Below, piece after piece: positions 1 through 8,900 of a stretch of DNA of 64,000 nt. Numbering within the stretch: the first letter of the stretch is position 1; every line of letters starts with the position of its first letter. The notes below the pieces were generated by a model. It was not told where the DNA came from. It was given only the letters and a program-made list of their open reading frames with translations, and ran no database searches. The stretch covers positions 51,140-115,139 of IMG/VR virus record IMGVR_UViG_3300030101_002520. One strand, written 5' to 3'. A program made the position numbers and the translations under genes. The stretch is from a virus.

Positions 1-3000
1 ACATACTCTCCTGTTTTACTTAGGGTAATGAGTGATTCTAATATGGGTGATATGCAAAACATGCCTGTAATTAAAGTTCAAAGTAAAAAGAATACATTTG
101 CTAAAGAGTATTTACAACAATGGGCAAATCTAATAAAGGATGATTATACAATTATACAAACTAATAGTAAAGAACTAAGAGATGTTACATTATTTCCTGT
201 AAGGAATGTACATAAAGGGTATAATGATATAGAAGCTTCTGATATTGATTTTACAAATGGTAATTTAAATCCTAATCTTGCAGATCCTAATAAAGCTAGA
301 GGTTTTAAAATGGGTTTAGGTACGGCAGATGTATTAACAATAAGAAAGGTTGGAGAGCAAAAAGAGTTTGATGAAAGTTTAAAGTTGCATTTAGAAAAAG
401 TAGCAAGAAGTTTTAAACCTGATGGCAGTCAGTATACTATAGAAGAGGCATATAAATCTTTTGTTAGTACTAAAACTGATGATTCAAGTGAAAGCGCACC
501 AAAAAGAAATGCAGGAAGATTTATACTAGATGCTTTAGAAGCACAGTATAAAAGGTTTGAAAGTGAGCTAGAGGATTTAGGAGCTGATACTTTAGTTGAT
601 AATAGAATAAAAAAAGGTTTAGCAAAAACAGGAAATACAGAATTTAAAAATAATGCAAGATTATCTCAAGCATTATTATTTTTAGGTACAGATGAAAGAT
701 CAAATCTAAGACAAATATATTTTAATAACTGGTTGCAAACTACACGTATTAATGATGTATATCTACCTAATCAAAGCATGTCACTAAAAGATGCAGTAGA
801 TGCTATTAAGAGAGCTAAGATGCAAAATGCTGGTGGAGCAAATACAGAATCATATATATCTGCGCCTGAATTAGGTATAAATAAACCACTTCAAGAATTA
901 CATGTACTTATTGGTACTGATCCTTTAGTTAAGAAAAAGTATGATGTAGATGGTGAAGATCAAAAACCTGGAGAGCAAACAGATGGTCAAGGTTACATGA
1001 CTACTAAAACTTTTAGAGCAACATGGTTTGGTTTAGGTAAGCTTACTGAGAATCAGGCAGATATGTTAAATAAAATAGAAAATAATCAACCAATTACAGA
1101 AGAAGAATTTTTTGGTGCTGTAGAAGAAACAGAAGCAGGTTTAAGTAGTTTAGGTTATAAGGATTATAAATCTCAAATAAACTCTAAGAAGTATGTTTAT
1201 GGAGACGGTAGTTTGTACTTTAAACTATCTTATACAGTTTTAACACCTGCTTTGGATAGTTATGCTGATGGTACACCATTAGAAAGTAGGAGAAGGTTGT
1301 ATAATTTAAGAACTACTTTGGAAGCCAAAGAAAAAAGGGATGATGTGTTTATGATGTATATACCAGAGTCTGCTTCTAAAATGCGTAAGACAGATATACT
1401 TGATAGAGAGACAAGTGAATTATTATTTGATCAAGGTCTTACTATTGGTGAAAGACTTGAAGGTTCACAAGTTATAACAGATATGGGTAAAAAGCTTGAA
1501 GATGCTATAGAAATTGTTCCTGCTAAATATATGAGACTACAACAAATAACTCCATCAAATAAAATGGAAGTTGTTGATCCTAGACAAATACAAAATCTTA
1601 TTCTTAATGAGCAGAATGATGATCAAGATATTACTTATATGGGTGAATCCTTGAAAGTAAAAGATCTTAAAAAAATGTATCAATGGTCTATATCTAATAG
1701 AAAACAAATTAACTACTTTAATAGACATAGTTTAGTTTTTGATTTACAACATGGATTACAATACTTACAAGAAGCTATTGATGAGAATAAAGTAACACCA
1801 GATCTAGATGCATTTGTTGATTATGCACAAAACTCCTTACAAGCATCACAAGCATCTACATTATTATTAGAATACTTTTCTAAAGCTAAGAATGGAGAGT
1901 CTAGGTATGAATTAAATAATCCGGTTACAATACAAAAGTTTACGGAACTTATTATGAGTTTCTTTAGTAAGGGTGTAATTGCAGATAGGCAACCTGGTAA
2001 GGCTGTTGTGCTTGTATCTGATTATGGAATGGATGTGTATAAAAGGGTTGATGCAGTTGATAATAATGGTACTCCTATAGCATGGACAGTGATAACAACA
2101 GAGGGTTGGAAACAATCATCTGCTCAACAAAGAGGTGCGTTAGTAGTAGATCCTACAGTAAATCCAAATGGAGATGTAATAGGTTTATCTGAAGATCAAG
2201 TTTATGTTGATAGGCTAAGACATGATGTAGTTGAATATAAAAGAGATACTAATGGAAAGCTTATTAGAGAGGATGGGGAGTTAGTTTCTACTGGAGAAGT
2301 GTATACAGAGTTTATGTTACCTCCACACTTTAGAGAAGAGATGCAACTAAATCCTGGTGATCCTATACCAGATGTAATAGCTAAACAGTTTGCAGTGCGT
2401 ATACCATCTCAAGATAAACACTCTGCTATTAATTTAAAATTAGTTGATCACCTTCCTGTATTCTATGGGTCATCCGGTGTATTTGCAAGAGAGTTATTAG
2501 AGATAACAGGATCTGACTTTGATATTGATAAATTTTATGTACATCATAAAGAGTTTTATGAAAATGAAAATGGTGAACTTGTAGAATATGGTAAAGGCAG
2601 AACTGCAGAAGAAAGGTATCAAGAATATCTAATGGCATCAGAGAAGGATATGTCAAAATCAGGAACAAATATTTTCTATGCATACAAGAAGTGGAGAGAA
2701 AGAAAAAGAACAGCTGATAAAGAAAAATACACAGATGTACAAGAAAAAATAAATAAAGAGTTTAATGAGTTTATACTTACTAGTGAAACAGGATTATTAC
2801 TTAGTGGTCAAGATCCTAAAACATTAAAAGAAGCTTTTGCAAAAGAAAGAGGATATGATTATGATTCAAAAGCTGATGAGTTTTATTTATCTCCTAACGA
2901 AGAAATTGGTGTTGAAGAACCAAATAAACAAGCAGCACTATTAGGATCTTTAAAGATTTTAAATCTACCGGTTACTATAGAGCAGTATGAACAGTTTAGA

Positions 3001-5943
3001 GAAGAGAATAAGTTTGTAACAGAAAGTGGTGCTACACTATTTAGAGAACCTTATGCACAAGCATATAGTAATAATATATTAGATTTTAAAATGTTATTGT
3101 TGGGTAATGACTCTATGTCAAAAGCTCAAGGTGGACGTTTACATGCTATAAAGAATGAGCCTGCTGTAGATAAACCTTTTGTAAATATATGGAATAGTTG
3201 GAAAGATAAACTACCAAACTACTATGAAAACAATAGAGTAGACTTAAACTTTAGTGTAAATAATATTAATGGTCAAACTAAATATTATAAAGATAGTAAA
3301 GAAGGTGCAAGAAATATTGGAGCTGTAGTTCAACCTAATACATACTTAGGATGGCATAAAATATTTAAAACAAAACTAAGAGATGGTCAACCAAATGAGA
3401 GTGGTATATATATAGGTCCTCCAACACTTAATGGACATACTTATAAAGACTATAATATAAACTACTTTATTGATCCTAGTAATGGAAAACAGCTAAAGGA
3501 TGGTGAAAGAATTCAATATGCTATGTCTGCATTAGTTTCTATTATGGTTGATAATGGAAAAAATCCATATGCAGCAAAGTTAGGTTTGAATAAACAACTT
3601 GTTGTAATGGTTGCAAATGCAATTGCATTAGGTATTAATCTTGAGACAGCATTATTACTTGTTAATCAACCTATTGTTCAGGATGCATTTAAACAATCTA
3701 ATATAACAGGTACTAATGCAATCTCAACTCTTCGGTCAGCTTACAATGGATTTATAAAAGGTGAAAAACCATTAAATACTGTATCTATGGGTACAGAGGT
3801 TACAGATGAATTTTTGGAAGATTTAATACGTAAGGCTAAAAGACCTTTAGATAAAGGAACAAAAAGAAGTGTAGAGAAAGAAATGGCAGGTCTTAGAGAG
3901 TTTTTAAATCTTAGTTATATTACTCAAGCAAATAATAACCTAGGAGCTATAGCTGCATTAGCAGAAAGTATGGGTAGAGATCTAGATGCTGTTGCTAATA
4001 CTAATAAAAATTTAAATGATTTAGGTTTGTTTTTAGACAAAGAAGATTATTTAGATGCTAGAGTAATGGGTAATCCAATACCTTTTGAGTATAATTTTGT
4101 TAAAGGAATAACAAATATAAATAGTATACCTGGTGTTAACACTAACCTATTTAAACACTTTACAGATCTTAGTGTACCGTATTTATTAACTCCAGCAACT
4201 GAAGTTTTCATTGGATTAGAAAACTTTTTGACTAGAGGTCTTAAAGGTATGACTCCTAAAAGAACAGCTGATGCTACATCTAAAATTAGAAAAGATTTAT
4301 TAAGTTATTTGACAATAAAATCTTATATGCATAATCTTAATCTATTAGGTGAGTCTGGTCAAGAATCATTAGCTTCATTGAATAACGCATTGATATATAA
4401 TGAAATGGAGGGCTCTATAAGGATTGACAAAGAAATTGAAAAAGTAAGAGACTTTTTAAAAGCCACTGATCAAAAGAATGAGTTTATTAATTTATTTATT
4501 AGAAATGATAGAACTGGAACTAAAAAGAATAAGACTGGTATTAATAGAGTAAGGACGCAAAATCTTGTTAAACTTAGTAACAATAAAGCTAATAGAATTC
4601 AAACATCCCTTATATCATTATTAAAAGATAAAACAACTAGAGCTGCTGTAACACACTTGATACACTATGAAATGGTTAAGAATGGATTTCAACAAAAAGC
4701 AGGATCATTTTTACAAGTTATAGCACCTGCATTACCAGATATTCAAATGTATTTAGGAGAAGCTAAAAGAGTTAAAGATCTTTTGTCAACTAAGTTTAAA
4801 AATTTAGAAGAGGTAGATGAAGGATTTAAAAATACATTTGGTTTAACACTTGATGAAACATTACAAGATTTAAGTCAATGGTTTAGATCATCTAAAGATT
4901 CTTATTATATTCCACGAATTGGAAAGGGTGTACAATTTAATACATCAAAAGGAGTGAGATCACCAATGTATATAAAAGATAATAAATTTATTGTAGATTA
5001 CCATCAAGGTACAACTGAGATTACAAAGTATAAATCTAAAGATCCAAATGATAAAAGAATAAAAATACCAAAACTAGAAATAGATATTGAAAAGAAGTCA
5101 TATGAAATATTAACAGGAGCAGGTTTTAGACCAAGTGGGTTAGGGTTTATATTTCCACAAGTTACATCAGTTTCCCAAACTTTAGCAGATGGCACCTCAA
5201 CAGTAAAATATTATTATTTAAATAGATTATTTTCTCCATATACAAAAGGTAAGACAAATACTAATTTATATGCTGCTGAGAAAGTTTCTAATGCTTTAGT
5301 TGGTACAACAGCTGAATATATAGAGTTTGATTTATTAGGTAGTAAAGATCAGTGGAAAATGGGTTTCATGTTTAATATTGCAAAGATTAATGGTAAAACT
5401 CAGTTACAACCCACACTTAAAGAGATAGCACAAAAAGAAAGTATGAATCAAACTGATGGAGCACCAATTCCTCCAAGTGATTATGCAGATCAGTCTTATA
5501 CTATTCCAGCTAATGTTGAACCTAGGAATACTGTAAATGATACCAACATTAATAGTATAGAAGCAAACAATGATAAAATAGAATTTAAAAAAGATGATAA
5601 CGTTGTTGGCTCAACTGAAAATCAAGATCCTCAAACTATTATAAATGCTAATGTTATTGTGGATAAAAAGAAGGCAGCTCCAGCATCTGCATTTAGTAAA
5701 GCTGAAGGAGTGGGTGCAAAGTTTTCTAAAGATAAGTTAGGGCCACAAACAAAAAAAGATAATAATTATGTTGATGTAATTAGAGAGTGGTTTCAATCAA
5801 CACCTGTTGGAGAACTTAATAAAGCTGCAGAAGCTAATTTGCTTACTGGTGCTAGATTAAAAGACTTTGTAACATATTATGAAAAGAATAGAAATGTTAC
5901 TAACTTAGATGACTTCATGTATAGACTTAAAAACTGTAAATAA
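1..5943 (+). CDS. Giant virion-packaged DNA-dependent RNA polymerase (crAss-like, phi14:2 gp66 type), 5'-truncated
   Basis: Catalytic GSDFDIDK (DxDxD) at nt 2515-2529, preceded by VRIPSQDKHS; DGQGY motif; >1970 aa. The frame is open from nt 1, so the true start probably lies upstream of the window. Confidence 0.88.
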   Translation, partial: TYSPVLLRVMSDSNMGDMQNMPVIKVQSKKNTFAKEYLQQWANLIKDDYTIIQTNSKELRDVTLFPVRNVHKGYNDIEASDIDFTNGNLNPNLADPNKARGFKMGLGTADVLTIRKVGEQKEFDESLKLHLEKVARSFKPDGSQYTIEEAYKSFVSTKTDDSSESAPKRNAGRFILDALEAQYKRFESELEDLGADTLVDNRIKKGLAKTGNTEFKNNARLSQALLFLGTDERSNLRQIYFNNWLQTTRINDVYLPNQSMSLKDAVDAIKRAKMQNAGGANTESYISAPELGINKPLQELHVLIGTDPLVKKKYDVDGEDQKPGEQTDGQGYMTTKTFRATWFGLGKLTENQADMLNKIENNQPITEEEFFGAVEETEAGLSSLGYKDYKSQINSKKYVYGDGSLYFKLSYTVLTPALDSYADGTPLESRRRLYNLRTTLEAKEKRDDVFMMYIPESASKMRKTDILDRETSELLFDQGLTIGERLEGSQVITDMGKKLEDAIEIVPAKYMRLQQITPSNKMEVVDPRQIQNLILNEQNDDQDITYMGESLKVKDLKKMYQWSISNRKQINYFNRHSLVFDLQHGLQYLQEAIDENKVTPDLDAFVDYAQNSLQASQASTLLLEYFSKAKNGESRYELNNPVTIQKFTELIMSFFSKGVIADRQPGKAVVLVSDYGMDVYKRVDAVDNNGTPIAWTVITTEGWKQSSAQQRGALVVDPTVNPNGDVIGLSEDQVYVDRLRHDVVEYKRDTNGKLIREDGELVSTGEVYTEFMLPPHFREEMQLNPGDPIPDVIAKQFAVRIPSQDKHSAINLKLVDHLPVFYGSSGVFARELLEITGSDFDIDKFYVHHKEFYENENGELVEYGKGRTAEERYQEYLMASEKDMSKSGTNIFYAYKKWRERKRTADKEKYTDVQEKINKEFNEFILTSETGLLLSGQDPKTLKEAFAKERGYDYDSKADEFYLSPNEEIGVEEPNKQAALLGSLKILNLPVTIEQYEQFREENKFVTESGATLFREPYAQAYSNNILDFKMLLLGNDSMSKAQGGRLHAIKNEPAVDKPFVNIWNSWKDKLPNYYENNRVDLNFSVNNINGQTKYYKDSKEGARNIGAVVQPNTYLGWHKIFKTKLRDGQPNESGIYIGPPTLNGHTYKDYNINYFIDPSNGKQLKDGERIQYAMSALVSIMVDNGKNPYAAKLGLNKQLVVMVANAIALGINLETALLLVNQPIVQDAFKQSNITGTNAISTLRSAYNGFIKGEKPLNTVSMGTEVTDEFLEDLIRKAKRPLDKGTKRSVEKEMAGLREFLNLSYITQANNNLGAIAALAESMGRDLDAVANTNKNLNDLGLFLDKEDYLDARVMGNPIPFEYNFVKGITNINSIPGVNTNLFKHFTDLSVPYLLTPATEVFIGLENFLTRGLKGMTPKRTADATSKIRKDLLSYLTIKSYMHNLNLLGESGQESLASLNNALIYNEMEGSIRIDKEIEKVRDFLKATDQKNEFINLFIRNDRTGTKKNKTGINRVRTQNLVKLSNNKANRIQTSLISLLKDKTTRAAVTHLIHYEMVKNGFQQKAGSFLQVIAPALPDIQMYLGEAKRVKDLLSTKFKNLEEVDEGFKNTFGLTLDETLQDLSQWFRSSKDSYYIPRIGKGVQFNTSKGVRSPMYIKDNKFIVDYHQGTTEITKYKSKDPNDKRIKIPKLEIDIEKKSYEILTGAGFRPSGLGFIFPQVTSVSQTLADGTSTVKYYYLNRLFSPYTKGKTNTNLYAAEKVSNALVGTTAEYIEFDLLGSKDQWKMGFMFNIAKINGKTQLQPTLKEIAQKESMNQTDGAPIPPSDYADQSYTIPANVEPRNTVNDTNINSIEANNDKIEFKKDDNVVGSTENQDPQTIINANVIVDKKKAAPASAFSKAEGVGAKFSKDKLGPQTKKDNNYVDVIREWFQSTPVGELNKAAEANLLTGARLKDFVTYYEKNRNVTNLDDFMYRLKNCK

Positions 5944-8900
5944 TGGCAACTTGTTTTAATAGAAATTTACCTGCATATCAAACACTTTTAGAGAAGTATG
6001 ATTCTCCTATGTTTGTAGATGGAGTTATTAATGGATGGCAAAAAGTAAATAGATCTGAACTTATGCCTACTGTACTTGAAGCAGAAGATTTTTTAAAAGA
6101 TCAAAAAGAAGTTGGTGTTTTAGATAAACAAAATTTAAAACAATCTATTCTTACAAACTTGGGTGTAAAAGGTAAAGGGTTAATTAGCAGATTTGGTGAA
6201 TCATATTATATAAATAATACTAATAAAGAAGTAAGAGCAATTAAAGGTGATGTACAAACATTAGAAAGAAATAAGAATAGTGTAGAAAGATTATTAGATT
6301 GGTGGCAAGTAACACCAGAGGCTGTAACAATAACAAAGACAGACAATTCTTATAGGTTAGATATAAATGCTAATCTACTAAATATGCAAGATGTTATAAC
6401 AGAAACGTCAGATGTAACACATTTGCAAGATATACTTCAACATCTAACAAGATTATTTCCTGATGTACAAATTCAAGTGATGAGTGAAACTGATGCAAAA
6501 AGAATGTATAATTCATTACCTCAATTTACATCAGAGTTTCAAAAGCCCATAGATTTTAAAGATATAAAAAGTTTTTATGTAGATGGTCAAGCCATATTAG
6601 TTGAAGGTAGAGTAACATCAGAAACAGCAATAGAAGAAGTATTACATCCATTTGTTAATGCTTTATATGCAGATAAATCAGAGTTGTTTAGAAGATTAAA
6701 AACAGAATCAGAACGTTCTTTTCCTAAACTAGCTCAAGAGATAGCTGGTGCATATACAAAGACTAAAGGTTTTGATAATATAGATAGAGATAAAGAGTTG
6801 GTTACACAAGCAATGGCTAGACACTTTAAGAGAGAGTATGAGCAAAATCCTACAGAAAGTTTTAGATCTAAGATTAGAGAGTTTATGAGATGGCTGATGG
6901 ATGTATTTAGAGATCTTAGTAAGTGGGTTGTAGGTAAAGATTTAGTATTAGCACCGGGTATGATAGACAATGCTAATAACTTAACAAGTCTTTCTAAAAT
7001 TTTGAATACAGGTGATTTAAAATTTGGTCTTGATAGAGCTATAAGACAAGATAGGAAAGTTAGATTTAGTTTAACACCTAAATTTCAAAAGATATACAAT
7101 AAAGTAAAAGGTAAAGCCACTTCACAAAAACAAATTACTAGGCTTGATGATCTTTATAATGTAAGCATTAATAGTCAAAAGCCTATAGATGACTTTACTG
7201 TTTCTATGTCAAAAAAGAAAAATCATCCTCTAGTAATATTAAATAAAAAAACACACAAATACATTAGTGTAGAAAACATTAATGACCCCTTTACAAGTGT
7301 AACTACAAAGATAGGAGGTTTTAGTTCTAAAAGCTATTCTATTAAAAAGGGTGATACTATAGCAAGCATTGCTAAAAGTTTAGGAACAACTATAAAAAAG
7401 ATTAAAGAGTTAAATCCAATAGGTGATAATTTAAATACGCTTACTAAAGCAAATGGTCAACCTATAAAACAATTATATGTGCCACAAGAAGATTTTCAAA
7501 TCAATATGGATATTGGTAATGATTTTGATTCTATAGTAAGTGCTATTGTATTAGATGAAGGTATAGACAGTGTAGACTTAAAAGTTGTTAGTAAAGAAGT
7601 TGCAGAAGATTTTTATAAAAAGATGAAGAAAGATCTTGCAGTATTAACAAGAAATGGTGGAATACTAATACCACAAGTTGTAGTATCAGATAAGCTTAAT
7701 CAAATAGCTGGTACTATAGATCTTTTATTTATGGATGAGAATGGAGCTTTAGAGATTATAGATATTAAAACAAGCAAGGATAGTTTAAATGCTCTTGTCA
7801 ATGGTAAATTAAAATATGAAGAAACTTATTTTCCTGTTACCTATGGTAGTATTTTTTATGATCCTGCTAAGTCTCATGCAGATCAGCAAAAGTTTACTAA
7901 AGAGCAAATGCAAGCATTGCAGGTAAATTCTTATGCTCAGATATTAAGAAATCAAGACTATGATATTGATTCTACTTTTACCTATCATGTGCATACACCC
8001 ACAACAGGGAAAGGTATTAATCAAAAATATACACAGAAATTTGTTATTGAGGGTATTAGAACACAATCAGAGACTGCTGATGTGCTTATTGGTGATCCAG
8101 GTAATAATAACTTTGCTTCTGAAATGATGGTAAAAGATTTTTCAGATCCTACAGCAAATGATAAATTATTTACTTTAGATAAAAAAACAGGAGAGAATGA
8201 GATAGAGGTAGATGAGTCTGAGATAGATGCAATAGCAGAGAATGTAACTTCTAAGATGATGTCAACAGAATCTGTACTTGAACAAATAACAGATTTTAGA
8301 GTTGCAATGAGTACAAGAAAAGAAAACTATCAAAGAGTAAAAAATCAAATTGCTTTTTTTAAAGATGGTAAAGATGTTGTTCAAGAGATTGATAGAACGT
8401 TAGCAATTATAGATGCTGGTGTTGAAGATGGCAATGTAATTCCATTATTTGAAGAGATTGTAAAACAATCAATAAAAGAATTAGATGACTTTATTGAATA
8501 TGTTAACAACCCAGATAGCTATTTACTGGATGATAAATATATATCTAAAGTGTTAAACTATTCAAAAATGGTGAGCACATATGAAAGTTTATCAGAAGTA
8601 GAAAAAGCAAAAGGTTTAACAAAGGCACAACTACAATTACTAGAAGAGTTAAGGGGAAAAATATATACAATTAACGGTAAAAGAGATGGTTTAGGAAATA
8701 TAATAGAGGGTAAAGAAGGTTTGATTAATACTGCTATAGATAATTTTGCTAAACAATTTATAAAAGATAATTCTAAAAGAGATTTTACACAAGAAGATTT
8801 AGAGGACATATTAAGGTGGGGTTCAGATATGGGTATGATAGAGTATCAAACAGGCACACTTGCCACATCAAGTGATACTATTCTAGCTTTAATGGATAAA

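Noticed and set aside
1912-8809. Short minus-strand ORFs inside the two giant genes
   Set aside because: Antisense shadows of long, motif-bearing genes; no recognisable features.
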